This document shows positions 1 to 10,068 of a DNA stretch of 64,000 bases, one piece after another. A program made the position numbers and the translations under genes. Each line of letters opens with the position of its first letter. The stretch's first letter is position 1. The notes under the pieces are model-generated. The model worked only from the letters and a program-made list of their open reading frames with translations. It was not told where the DNA came from and ran no database searches. The stretch lies in assembly GCA_049240625.1 (NCBI GenBank), contig JBMLSG010000004.1, positions 41,351 to 105,350 of the forward strand. The letters run 5' to 3'. Source of the stretch: Lacibacter sp. GTDB lineage: Bacteria; Bacteroidota; Bacteroidia; Chitinophagales; Chitinophagaceae.

Positions 1-283
1 TAAAGAAGATTCTTTGTATATCAGCATCACTACAAAAAATGTGGGCAAGAGTATTCGAATCCTGGTTGAAGATCACGGAATTGGGATGAGTAAAGAAACA
101 TTGGGACGGGTTTTTGAAAAATTCTACAGGGCCCATACAGGTAATGTTCACAACGTAAAGGGGTTTGGTCTTGGCTTGAGTTATGTCAAAACGATGACCG
201 AAGCGCATGGGGGAAAAGTAAAAGCTGATAGCGTTTTGGGGAAGGGGAGCACCTTTACCGTGGACCTGCCTCTCAAGAACTAG
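1..283 (+). CDS. Sensor histidine kinase, C-terminal HATPase_c domain (5' partial, runs off window start)
   Basis: Frame is open from base 2. G1, F and G2 boxes are visible: [31 protein letters not shown]. Confidence 0.9.
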   Translation, partial: KEDSLYISITTKNVGKSIRILVEDHGIGMSKETLGRVFEKFYRAHTGNVHNVKGFGLGLSYVKTMTEAHGGKVKADSVLGKGSTFTVDLPLKN

Positions 284-310
284 GCACAAACTGTATAATT
301 AAGGTTATTT

Positions 311-337
311 AAGGGGTCGGATTTCGGCCCCTTTTTT
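311..337 (+). terminator. Intrinsic terminator after the kinase gene
   Basis: aaggggtcg-gattt-cggcccctt stem followed by a T-tract. Confidence 0.75.
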
Positions 338-494
338 AGTGCCTAAAAGTGGAATTCACATTCTTTTTGGGCTTATCCACATCTAATTCACCGCTATTCA
401 CATGCGTTTTCGGATTAAAGGTCAAAAAATGGCCTCAAATCCTTTACAGCAAAGGGTTTGAGGCTTGTGGAAAAATTAAGGGTTCCTGATTTAG

Positions 495-525
495 GTGACA
501 AAGTGGGAAAATGTGTTAATTTGTG
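495..525 (+). promoter_or_regulatory. MraZ-box-like GTG repeats upstream of mraZ
   Basis: GTG cores at 503, 513 and 523 (10-bp period; first is GTGGG). MraZ is known to bind 10-bp-spaced GTGG(G) repeats at its own promoter. Confidence 0.6.
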
Positions 526-560
526 TAAGAATATGGAAATAAAACCATGTTTTGAGATAA

Positions 561-1016
561 ATGATTGGTTTTCTAGGAGAATATGAAGTAACAATTGACG
601 CTAAGGGGCGTTTCCTGCTCCCGGCCGGCTTTAAAAAGCAGGTTCCGGAAGAGTGGGGAGGCCAGTACGTCATCAGCAGGGGTATTGAAACCTGCCTTAC
701 TTTATATCCTATGAAAAATTGGGAACCCATTTTTTCTGAAATCAGTCAACTCAATGATTTTGACCCTAAAGTAAGACAATTCCAACGGTATTTTTTAAAC
801 GGTGCAACTACAATTGAGCTGGATTCGGCCGGTCGTCTTTTGATTCCCCAGAATTTAAAAGATTATGCAGGTTTAGAAAAAGATGTGGTTTTGGTTGCTG
901 CCGTAAAAAAAATCGAAATCTGGGATAAGCGTAAGTATCAGCAGTTCTTTGAAAGTTTTTCACCCGATGCTTTTAGTCAGCTCGCAGGAGAGGTTATGGC
1001 AAAAAAAGAGCAATAG
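561..1016 (+). CDS. mraZ: Division/cell wall cluster transcriptional repressor MraZ
   Basis: 151 aa with two AbrB-like repeats (IDAKGRFLLP, LDSAGRLLIP); first gene of the dcw cluster. Confidence 0.97.
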   Translation: MIGFLGEYEVTIDAKGRFLLPAGFKKQVPEEWGGQYVISRGIETCLTLYPMKNWEPIFSEISQLNDFDPKVRQFQRYFLNGATTIELDSAGRLLIPQNLKDYAGLEKDVVLVAAVKKIEIWDKRKYQQFFESFSPDAFSQLAGEVMAKKEQ

Positions 1017-1022
1017 TCGGAC

Positions 1023-1979
1023 GTGATGGAAGCAAAAAAGCAAATAAGCGGTCATGATGAGCAACAGGGTAACCCCAAGAGCGATTATCATGTTCCTGTG
1101 TTGTTGCAGGAAGCGATTGATGCTTTGAAGATTCAGCCTTCCGGTATTTATGTGGACTGCACATTTGGAGGCGGCGGACACAGCAAGGCCATTCTTGAAA
1201 GATTAGGGCCTGCCGGAAAATTGGTGGCGTTTGATCAGGATCCCGATGCGCGGAAAAATCTTCCTGATGATCCCCGTGTGCTGTTTGTTCCGCACAACTT
1301 CAGGCACTTGAGCCGTTTTTTAAAATTGCATCAAATCGGTCAGGTGGATGGCGTTTTAGCTGATCTGGGAGTTTCCAGTCATCAGTTTGACGAACCGGAG
1401 CGCGGTTTTTCCACACGCTTTGAGGGTCCATTGGATATGCGAATGGATCCGGCTCAGCAATTAACTGCATCGTTTGTGCTTCAAACCTATTCCGAAAGCA
1501 AGCTGCATAAGATGTTTGAGTTGTATGGGGAGGTTACCAATGCCAAAACATTGGCCGCTACTATTGTGGCGCAACGTCATCAATGTACATTTCAAACCAT
1601 CCAGCAATTGAAGCAAGCGTTGCAGGGAATAGTCAAAGGCAATCCTCATAAGTATTATGCACAGGTGTTTCAGGCTTTGCGGATAGAGGTCAATGACGAG
1701 TTGAATGTTTTAAAAGAATTACTGGAGCAATTGCCCGGAGTTCTGAAAAAAGGAGGACGTGCTGCTCTTATATCCTTTCATTCGCTGGAAGATCGATTGG
1801 TGAAAAATTTTTTTAAGCAAGGAAGTTTTCAAGAAGAAGTATACAATCCATATACAACGGGTAAACCCGAAAATCTGTTCCGAATCCTAACGAAAAAACC
1901 GATAGAGCCCGGCCCTGATGAACTGAAAAAAAATCCAAGATCCAGAAGTGCACGCTTGCGTGTGGCTGAGAAAATTTGA
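1023..1979 (+). CDS. rsmH: 16S rRNA m4C1402 methyltransferase RsmH
   Basis: HVPVLL, DCTFGGGGHS, DLGVSSHQ, PLDMRM, FHSLEDR and NPRSRSARLR motifs. Confidence 0.98.
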   Translation: MMEAKKQISGHDEQQGNPKSDYHVPVLLQEAIDALKIQPSGIYVDCTFGGGGHSKAILERLGPAGKLVAFDQDPDARKNLPDDPRVLFVPHNFRHLSRFLKLHQIGQVDGVLADLGVSSHQFDEPERGFSTRFEGPLDMRMDPAQQLTASFVLQTYSESKLHKMFELYGEVTNAKTLAATIVAQRHQCTFQTIQQLKQALQGIVKGNPHKYYAQVFQALRIEVNDELNVLKELLEQLPGVLKKGGRAALISFHSLEDRLVKNFFKQGSFQEEVYNPYTTGKPENLFRILTKKPIEPGPDELKKNPRSRSARLRVAEKI

Positions 1980-2030
1980 CCCTGTAAAAGCACGACCGAA
2001 ACAACAACACAGTACTTACAAACTAGCCCG

Positions 2031-2354
2031 ATGACTCTTAAAGAGCCGAAATTTGAATTCAGAAAATGGTTCAATTATCAGTGGATCGTCAAAAACGTTC
2101 CGTTCTTTCTTTTTCTCGCTCTATTGGCTGTACTGTACATCGCCAATGGTCATTATGCCGACAATACCATCCGGAATATCAATAAAACAACCAAGTTGTT
2201 GAAAGAGCAACAATATGAGTTCAAAACACTGAACGGCAAATTGATGTTCCAAAACAGACTGACCGAAGTTTCACGCGTGGTGGAATCAATCGGCTTACGT
2301 GAAAACATTCAGCAACCAATATTATTGACGGATAGTGCAATAGCGACAAATTAA
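2031..2354 (+). CDS. ftsL: Cell division protein FtsL-like
   Basis: One TM helix plus a coiled coil; lies between rsmH and ftsI. Confidence 0.8.
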   Translation: MTLKEPKFEFRKWFNYQWIVKNVPFFLFLALLAVLYIANGHYADNTIRNINKTTKLLKEQQYEFKTLNGKLMFQNRLTEVSRVVESIGLRENIQQPILLTDSAIATN

Positions 2355-4456
2355 TGGAAGTTAAAAAGGACATATTGTGGCGTGTTTACCTCGGATTTCT
2401 GGGGTTGATCGGTTTTGGAATCCTTGTCCTGGGAAAGGCGTTCTACACTCAAAAATTTGAAGGAGGTTATTGGAAAAGTATGGGTGATAGTTTGCATACC
2501 AAAATCATTGATTTGGATGCGGAGCGCGGTACAATTTATAGTGAAGATGGAAGCATGTTGAGTACATCAATCCCTCAGTTTGATATCTATATCGACTTTG
2601 GTGCAGAGGGTTTGCGTCAAAAAGATGGCGAACGTTTCTTTACGCACATTGATTCTTTATCGCTTTCATTAGCTCAATTGTTTCAAGATAAAACAGAGGC
2701 CACGTACAAGCAGGAATTGGTTCAGGCTTACAAAGACAAAGACCGTTATTATTTATTGCGTAAAAAGGTTTCATTTGAACAATACAAATTGTTGCGTGAT
2801 TTTCCTCTGATTCGTTTGGGCAGAAATAAAAGCGGTTTTATTGCAGAGGTAAGGACCAAGCGCTTGAATCCGTTCGGTGAACTGGGATTTCGAACCATCG
2901 GACTTTATCGTGAGCATTCCAAACTGGTTGGTTTAGAGCGCTCTTTCGATAGTGTGCTGCGCGGAACTTCCGGCAAGCGACTGGTTCGTTTTGTGGCAGG
3001 AGGGGTTATGATGCCGGTGGAGGGATTTGAAGTTGAACCGGAAAATGGACAGGATGTTTATACAACCATTGATGTAAATATTCAGGATATAGCAGAACGT
3101 GCTTTGATGCGTAAAATGCAGGCCAACCAGGCTTTGGAGGGTACTTGTATCGTAATGGAAGTGGCAACAGGCAAAATCAAAGCTATGGCTAATTTAGGCC
3201 TCATGCCGGATGGCACTTATTTTGAATCTGATAATTATGCATTGCGTACCTCTGAGCCCGGCTCTACCATTAAACTGATTACACTCTTTGCAGGGTTAGA
3301 AGATAAATTGATAACAATTCAAGACAGCGTTGAGATCAATGGCGGCAGATGGACCAATGGCGGAAGAACAATCCGTGATGATCACCATGGCCCACATAGT
3401 GTTTCGTACAGAACCGCGTTTACGCAAAGTTCCAACGTTGCCATGAGTAAGCTGGCTTATAATTATTACATCAACGATCCTAAGAAGTATTATAATCATC
3501 TTAAAAACTTACACCTCACGGCTAAAACAGGAATCGAGCTTAACGAAGAATTTAAACCTCTGGTTAAAAATCCACACACAGCAACTTATTGGCATCCGCA
3601 AACGTTGGCTTCCTGGGGTTTTGGATATGAGATCATGTTGTCGCCTTTACAAATATTAATGGTATACAACGCTGTTGCCAATAACGGGAAAATGATGAAG
3701 CCTTATCTGGTAAATGAAATCAGAAGTTATGGTACGCTGGTTAAAAAGAACCAACCTGTGGTATTAAACAACAGCATCGGAAGTAAGGAAACGATCGCAC
3801 AATTACAGGAGTGTCTTGCCGCTGTATGCACAGAAGGGACCGGTAAAAATGCATTTGCTACTGCACTCTATAAGGCGGCCGGAAAAACGGGAACGGCGAA
3901 AGTAAACGACGGTCGGTTTAAATACAAAGACGGGGTTTATCAGTCGGCGTTCGTAGGGTATTTTCCCGCAGATCATCCAAAATACTCGATCATTGTTGTT
4001 GTGAAAAACAAACCGCACGCTTCCAATTATTATGGCGGTTTAGTTGCTGCGCCCGTGTTCCGTGAAATTGCAGATCACCTGTACAAGTATGGTATGGAGG
4101 AGCAAACTCCTTTTGTTGTGCCAACGCTGCCGGATTCAATGCTATACACATTTGGAGGACTAAAAACAGATATACGAAACATTACAAATCAGTTTCAGTA
4201 TCCCTACAGTGATTCCATTGCCGGCAACTGGAGAAAGGTCGAGATGCAGAAGAATACAATACGTCCGGGAGCTTATAGTTACGTACGTTCAACGGTTCCT
4301 GATTTGCGCGGTATGGGTTTGAAGGATGCCGTTTACATAGCTGAAACAGCAGGCTTGAAGGTGCAGGTCAACGGAAAAGGAAAAGTTGTAAGTCAATCAG
4401 TCGCTGCCGGATCGCAAATGGTGCCGGGTCAACCAATCATTCTTGAATTGAATTAA
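2354..4456 (+). CDS. ftsI: Penicillin-binding protein FtsI/PBP3 with C-terminal PASTA domain
   Basis: SxxK (EPGSTIK), SSN and KTGT motifs; PASTA-like tail VPDLRGMGLKDA. Confidence 0.93.
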   Translation: MEVKKDILWRVYLGFLGLIGFGILVLGKAFYTQKFEGGYWKSMGDSLHTKIIDLDAERGTIYSEDGSMLSTSIPQFDIYIDFGAEGLRQKDGERFFTHIDSLSLSLAQLFQDKTEATYKQELVQAYKDKDRYYLLRKKVSFEQYKLLRDFPLIRLGRNKSGFIAEVRTKRLNPFGELGFRTIGLYREHSKLVGLERSFDSVLRGTSGKRLVRFVAGGVMMPVEGFEVEPENGQDVYTTIDVNIQDIAERALMRKMQANQALEGTCIVMEVATGKIKAMANLGLMPDGTYFESDNYALRTSEPGSTIKLITLFAGLEDKLITIQDSVEINGGRWTNGGRTIRDDHHGPHSVSYRTAFTQSSNVAMSKLAYNYYINDPKKYYNHLKNLHLTAKTGIELNEEFKPLVKNPHTATYWHPQTLASWGFGYEIMLSPLQILMVYNAVANNGKMMKPYLVNEIRSYGTLVKKNQPVVLNNSIGSKETIAQLQECLAAVCTEGTGKNAFATALYKAAGKTGTAKVNDGRFKYKDGVYQSAFVGYFPADHPKYSIIVVVKNKPHASNYYGGLVAAPVFREIADHLYKYGMEEQTPFVVPTLPDSMLYTFGGLKTDIRNITNQFQYPYSDSIAGNWRKVEMQKNTIRPGAYSYVRSTVPDLRGMGLKDAVYIAETAGLKVQVNGKGKVVSQSVAAGSQMVPGQPIILELN

Positions 4457-5922
4457 TGCGTTTGTTAAAAGACATATTATACAAGGTTTCAATTCGCAGC
4501 GTTCAGGGAACGACGGATCTTTCTGTATTGGACATACAGATCGACTCCCGTCTTGTGACGCCCGGATGTTGCTTTGTTGCTGTTAAAGGTGTTGGTGCCG
4601 ATGGTCATCAATTTATTGATGCGGCTATTACTTCCGGAGCAACTTCTGTACTATGTGAACGAATTCCCGATACTACACATGCATCTGTTACGTATGTGGA
4701 AGTTGAAAACAGTGCCATCGCTGCCGGAGAAATCGCTGCAAATTATTTCGGTCTTGTTTCAGCTACAATGAAAGTGGTGGGTGTAACCGGTACAAACGGG
4801 AAAACTACCATTGCTACGTTATTGTTCAAATTGTTTTCGTCTTTGGGGTATAAATGCGGACTTATATCTACCGTTCAGAATCAAATTGGTGAACGAGTTA
4901 TTCCCGCCACACATACAACACCCGATGTAATTCGTTTGCATCGCTTGCTGAAAGATATGCGCGACGAAGGCTGTACACATGTATTCATGGAGTGCAGTAG
5001 TCATGCCATTCACCAGCACCGAATTGCAGGGATTTCGTTTGCAGTTGGAGTATTCAGTAATATTTCGCATGATCATCTGGATTATCACAAAACCTTTGAT
5101 GAGTATATAAGAGTCAAGAAAGCGTTTTTTGATGGCTTACAAGCCGATGCCTTTGCAATCAGTAACCTGGATGATAAGCGTGGTGAAGTCATGCTGCAGA
5201 ATACGAAGGCCAAAAAGCGTTTTTACAGTCTGAGAAATATAGCCGACTATAAAGGGAAAATTCTTGATAACAGTTTGGCCGGTTTGCACATGACCATCAA
5301 TAACGAGGATGTACATTTTCGTTTAATTGGTGAGTTCAATGCCTACAACTTGTTGGCTGTTTATGCTGCAGCCGTCTCACTCGGCGAAGAGCGTCAAAGT
5401 GTTCTTCAAATTCTTAGTGGGCTTACCGGTGCTGAAGGTCGTTTTGATTCAATGTGTTCTTCAAAAGATCAAGTTTTGGGAATTGTAGATTATGCTCATA
5501 CACCTGATGCACTCGAAAATGTTCTTTCAACGATTTTGAAATTAAGACGGGGGTACGAACAGGTAATCACGGTTGTGGGCTGTGGGGGCGACAGAGATAA
5601 AACCAAGCGTCCTGTTATGGGTGAAGTAGCCTGTGCTTTGAGCGACAAAGTGATTTTTACCAGTGACAATCCAAGAAGTGAAGATCCGCTTACCATTTTA
5701 TCCGAAATGGAACAAGGTTTGAATTCGGCTGCAAGAAGAAAAGTGATTTCAATTCTGGATCGAAAAGAAGCAATTAAAACGGCCGTTACACTGGCCAAAA
5801 AAGATGATATCATTCTGGTTGCCGGGAAGGGACATGAAAAATATCAGGAGATAAAAGGTGTGCGATATGATTTTGATGACAAACTGGTTTTAAAAGAAAT
5901 GTTTGACTGGTTGGAACGATAA
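4456..5922 (+). CDS. murE: UDP-MurNAc-L-Ala-D-Glu--2,6-diaminopimelate ligase MurE
   Basis: GTNGKTT, HTTPD, MECSSH, DYAHTPDA, DNPR (meso-DAP type) and AGKGHE motifs. Confidence 0.97.
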   Translation: MRLLKDILYKVSIRSVQGTTDLSVLDIQIDSRLVTPGCCFVAVKGVGADGHQFIDAAITSGATSVLCERIPDTTHASVTYVEVENSAIAAGEIAANYFGLVSATMKVVGVTGTNGKTTIATLLFKLFSSLGYKCGLISTVQNQIGERVIPATHTTPDVIRLHRLLKDMRDEGCTHVFMECSSHAIHQHRIAGISFAVGVFSNISHDHLDYHKTFDEYIRVKKAFFDGLQADAFAISNLDDKRGEVMLQNTKAKKRFYSLRNIADYKGKILDNSLAGLHMTINNEDVHFRLIGEFNAYNLLAVYAAAVSLGEERQSVLQILSGLTGAEGRFDSMCSSKDQVLGIVDYAHTPDALENVLSTILKLRRGYEQVITVVGCGGDRDKTKRPVMGEVACALSDKVIFTSDNPRSEDPLTILSEMEQGLNSAARRKVISILDRKEAIKTAVTLAKKDDIILVAGKGHEKYQEIKGVRYDFDDKLVLKEMFDWLER

Positions 5923-5979
5923 GAGGAAGATGCTCTGCATCATGTAAGCAGTAGATTGTAAAAATGTAAATAGATACAC

Positions 5980-7257
5980 ATGTTGAAGAACTTGTTTGAT
6001 TGGTTAAATGGAATCGGAATTAAGTTTCCGGGCGACAATCTGTTTCAGTTTATCACGAGTCGTGTTATGTTGGCATTTTTACTCTCGTTATTGATATCAG
6101 CGGTGTTCGGAAAAAAGCTTATTCAATTTCTGCAAAAGAAGCAGGTTGGTGAAACGGTCAGAGATCTTGGTCTTGCCGGTGAGCAACAAAAGAAAGGGAC
6201 CCCAACAATGGGTGGAATCATTATTATAATGGCCATTGTTATTCCAACGCTTTTACTTGCCGATGTAAGCAAAGTGTATATTCTGTTGATGTTGTTTGCA
6301 ACGATCTGGCTGGGTTTTATTGGATTTGTTGATGATTATTTAAAATTAAGAGCAAAGCGAATCGCACAACAAAAAGGAATCGCTTATAAAAAAGGGGATA
6401 ATGATGGACTGGCAGGATGGTTTAAAGTATTGGGGCAGGTTGTTCTGGGTATTGCGGTAGCAACCACTTTGTTGTTCAACGATACCATCAGTGTCTACCG
6501 TGAATTTACAGGTAAAGAAATTCCTTCTGACGCAGTTGTCAAAAAAGTTACTTTGGACGGCAAAGAAAAAGTAATGGTTAAGGCCGATGAGCCTATTACA
6601 ACGATCCCGTTTGTTAAAAGTCACGAGTTTAACTATTCCAAACTGCTTCCTGTTGCATTACGTGGACTTACCTGGTTGCTGTATATGATGATTGTAATAT
6701 TTATTGTAACAGCTGTATCAAATGGCGCGAATATAACCGATGGTATTGATGGATTGGCAACCGGTGTTTCTGCATTAATTGGAATCTGTCTTGGCATTTT
6801 TGCGTATGCCAGCGGCAACATCAGGGTTGCCGAGTATTTGAACATCATGTACATCCCTAATCTTGGAGAGCTCTCGATTTATATTGGTGCGCTGGTAGGA
6901 GCCTGTATTGGATTTCTTTGGTACAATACCTATCCTGCTCAGGTTTTCATGGGCGATACCGGAAGTTTAATGCTGGGTGGTGTTATTGCTTCCCTTGCAA
7001 TTATTGTTCGAAAGGAGTTGTTGATTCCCATTTTTTGCGGTGTGTTTTTGGTTGAGAATCTCAGTGTCATGTTACAGGTAGGATATTTCAAATATACCAA
7101 ACGCAAATTTGGTGAGGGGAAGCGCATCTTTTTGATGAGTCCCTTGCATCATCATTATCAAAAGCTGAATTATCATGAAAGTAAAATCGTGACACGTTTC
7201 TGGATTGTAACAATTTTATGTGTTGTGTTTTCAATTGTTACGCTCAAGATTCGTTAA
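5980..7257 (+). CDS. mraY: Phospho-MurNAc-pentapeptide transferase MraY
   Basis: KKGTPTMGG, NGANITDGIDGL, FMGDTGS and PLHHHY motifs. Confidence 0.97.
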   Translation: MLKNLFDWLNGIGIKFPGDNLFQFITSRVMLAFLLSLLISAVFGKKLIQFLQKKQVGETVRDLGLAGEQQKKGTPTMGGIIIIMAIVIPTLLLADVSKVYILLMLFATIWLGFIGFVDDYLKLRAKRIAQQKGIAYKKGDNDGLAGWFKVLGQVVLGIAVATTLLFNDTISVYREFTGKEIPSDAVVKKVTLDGKEKVMVKADEPITTIPFVKSHEFNYSKLLPVALRGLTWLLYMMIVIFIVTAVSNGANITDGIDGLATGVSALIGICLGIFAYASGNIRVAEYLNIMYIPNLGELSIYIGALVGACIGFLWYNTYPAQVFMGDTGSLMLGGVIASLAIIVRKELLIPIFCGVFLVENLSVMLQVGYFKYTKRKFGEGKRIFLMSPLHHHYQKLNYHESKIVTRFWIVTILCVVFSIVTLKIR

Positions 7258-7466
7258 AAATATTCTTGAAAAACCAGAGGGTTTTCAAACCAGATCCAAT
7301 CCTTGAAAAACAAAATGTGATTTTGCCTGTGTGGCACCCTTACTAACCCATACTTGTGAAGAACCGTTTTTTTTAGCTATCGGCGATTAAGACGGCGAAA
7401 AACCAAACCAAAAATGCCCCGGATTTCCGGTACCGTGGGTAGAACTTAAATCCGGATTGGATCAAT

Positions 7467-8807
7467 ATGAAACACAAATGTTACATACTCGGCGCAGGTG
7501 AAAGTGGAACCGGCGCTGCCATACTTGCTAAAAAGCAGGGGTATGAAGTATTTGTGAGTGATGGCGGTCCCATCAAAGCAATTTACAAGGAAGAGTTGCT
7601 GGAACACGGTATCGAGTTCGAAGAAAGCAAGCACAGCGAAGAACGTATTCTGGAAGCGGATGAGATCATGAAAAGTCCGGGTATTCCCGAGAAGAGTGAT
7701 TTAATGAAAAAGATTCGCCGCAAAGGAATTCCCGTGATTAGTGAAATTGAATTGGCCTGGCGTTTTAAAGGCGACAGTAAAATTGTTGGCATAACGGGAA
7801 GTAACGGAAAAACAACGACGACTTCGCTGACATATCACATCTGTCATCATGCCGGACTCGACTGTGCGCTGGTTGGTAATATTGGTGTAAGTATCGCCCG
7901 TCAGGTTGCGCTTGATCCGAAAAAAATATACATCGCTGAGATCAGTAGTTTTCAACTCGATGACATTAAAGATTTTCGCGCCGATGTGGCTCTTCTGCTC
8001 AATATAACGGAAGACCATCTTGATCGATACGAGTATAAATTCGAAAATTATATAAAGGCAAAGTTTAAAATTCTCAATAATCAATCCGGGAACGACTTTT
8101 TTATTTATTGTCCCGATGATCCTGTTACAGCTCAGTATTTAACGAAACTTACTATACACTCAACCCCATTACCATTCACCATGAAGCAGCAACCACAAAA
8201 AGGAGCATTTATTAAAGACGGCACCATGACAATAGCCTTGAACGACGATAAACTTACCATGAGTGTTGATGATTTTAAAATTAAAGGGAAGCACAACCAA
8301 TACAATACTATGGCAGCAGGTATCGCAGCAGCAACACTTGGTATCCGTAAGGAAAAAATCAGAGAAGCAATTACCACTTTTGAGAGTCTGGAGCATCGTA
8401 TGGAACTGGTTGCAATGGTGAAGGGGGTAGAATACATCAATGATAGCAAGGCAACAAACATCAATTCGACCTGGTTTGCTTTGGAAAGCATGACGAAACC
8501 TACGGTGTTAATTCTGGGAGGTGTAGATAAAGGGAATGACTACGAAGTATTGAAAGAGCTGGTAGCAGAAAAAGTAAAGGCAATTGTTTGTCTGGGTCTT
8601 GAAAATCAAAAAATCCATGATGCGTTTCGTGGTGTTGTGCCGTTTATCGTTGACGCAAACAATGCATCAGAGGCAGTTCATGCGGCATACAGGTGCGCAG
8701 AAAAAGGTGATGCTGTACTGTTGAGTCCGGCCTGTGCAAGCTTTGATTTGTTCAAAAATTATGAGGATCGCGGAAACCAATTTAAAATGGCCGTTCGGGA
8801 GTTGTAA
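7467..8807 (+). CDS. murD: UDP-MurNAc-L-Ala--D-glutamate ligase MurD
   Basis: GAGESG, GSNGKTTT, EISSFQL, NDSKATN and SPACASFD motifs. Confidence 0.97.
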   Translation: MKHKCYILGAGESGTGAAILAKKQGYEVFVSDGGPIKAIYKEELLEHGIEFEESKHSEERILEADEIMKSPGIPEKSDLMKKIRRKGIPVISEIELAWRFKGDSKIVGITGSNGKTTTTSLTYHICHHAGLDCALVGNIGVSIARQVALDPKKIYIAEISSFQLDDIKDFRADVALLLNITEDHLDRYEYKFENYIKAKFKILNNQSGNDFFIYCPDDPVTAQYLTKLTIHSTPLPFTMKQQPQKGAFIKDGTMTIALNDDKLTMSVDDFKIKGKHNQYNTMAAGIAAATLGIRKEKIREAITTFESLEHRMELVAMVKGVEYINDSKATNINSTWFALESMTKPTVLILGGVDKGNDYEVLKELVAEKVKAIVCLGLENQKIHDAFRGVVPFIVDANNASEAVHAAYRCAEKGDAVLLSPACASFDLFKNYEDRGNQFKMAVREL

Positions 8808-8826
8808 AAAATAAGATCAGCTTTTC

Positions 8827-10068
8827 ATGAGTAATATTGCCAACATATCATCACGTTTTTCTGCAGAAGGTTTGAAAGATAAAACCCGTGGCGACAAAGT
8901 TATTTGGGCGCTTGTGATTGTTTTGTCTCTGGTAAGTCTTCTTGTAGTGTACAGTGCAACCAACTCGTTGGCGTATAAATTGTATAAGGGAAATACATTC
9001 GTGTATTTGTTCAAGCAAATTGCATTTATTACACTGGGGATCTTTATCATCTATTTTGCACATCGGATCAACTATACATTTTACTCCAGGTTTGCCAAGA
9101 TTTTGTTTTTGCTCTCCATACCTCTTCTGATTTATACACTCAAATTCGGCACAAATTTAAACGAGGCCAATCGTTGGATCAAGTTGCCGGTTATCAATCT
9201 CACATTTCAAACATCGGATCTTGCGAAACTGGGATTGTTTATGTTTCTCTCCCGTTTGTTGTCAAAAAAACAGGATGTGATTAAGGAATTTAAAAAGGGT
9301 TTTATTCCCATGATGATTCCCGTTATTGTAATCTGTGCGCTCATTGCTCCTGCAAATCTCTCTACGGCCTTACTAACCGGCGCAACCAGTATGTTGCTGT
9401 TGTTTATTGGAAGAGTCAGTACGCGACATATTTTATTGGTAGCAGCAACAGCTGTTATTCCGCTTATCTTTTTGATCGTTATGGCAAAAACCTATTACGA
9501 TAAACAGGAAGGTAAAATGAAAGAGTTGCCTGCGGTTTTGTCGGTTGGTCGTGTTCCTACATGGATCAAGCGTGTGCAGGATTTTATGTATGCAAAAAAT
9601 GACGAGTCGCCCTATCAAGTTCAACAAGCAAAAATTGCAGTAGCGAAGGGTGGTATTTTAGGTCTGGGTCCCGGAAACAGCCAGCAACGAAATTTTCTGC
9701 CTCATCCTTATTCTGATTTTATCTATGCTATTATCATTGAAGAATATGGTCTGTTGGGTGCGGCATTCATCATATTTATTTATCTGGTGTTTCTTTACCG
9801 CAGCATTTTATTGTTTCGAAAATGTCCCTATGCATTTGGGGCGTTTCTTGCCTTGGCATTAAGCTTTACACTGGTGATACAGGCAATGACTAATATGGCT
9901 GTGAATGTGGGTCTTTTCCCGGTAACAGGTGTAACACTTCCGCTAGTAAGTATGGGCGGTAGTAGTTTTCTGTTTACATGTTTTTCAATTGGTATTATAC
10001 TCAGTGTTGCCCGAAATGTAGAAGAATTAGAAGGTGGTCCTAAACCTGTAAATGAAGAATTGGCATGA
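8827..10068 (+). CDS. ftsW: SEDS family peptidoglycan polymerase FtsW
   Basis: Multi-TM protein with RWI, FQTSDLAK, SDFIYAIIIEEYG and LPLVSMGGSS motifs. Confidence 0.95.
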   Translation: MSNIANISSRFSAEGLKDKTRGDKVIWALVIVLSLVSLLVVYSATNSLAYKLYKGNTFVYLFKQIAFITLGIFIIYFAHRINYTFYSRFAKILFLLSIPLLIYTLKFGTNLNEANRWIKLPVINLTFQTSDLAKLGLFMFLSRLLSKKQDVIKEFKKGFIPMMIPVIVICALIAPANLSTALLTGATSMLLLFIGRVSTRHILLVAATAVIPLIFLIVMAKTYYDKQEGKMKELPAVLSVGRVPTWIKRVQDFMYAKNDESPYQVQQAKIAVAKGGILGLGPGNSQQRNFLPHPYSDFIYAIIIEEYGLLGAAFIIFIYLVFLYRSILLFRKCPYAFGAFLALALSFTLVIQAMTNMAVNVGLFPVTGVTLPLVSMGGSSFLFTCFSIGIILSVARNVEELEGGPKPVNEELA

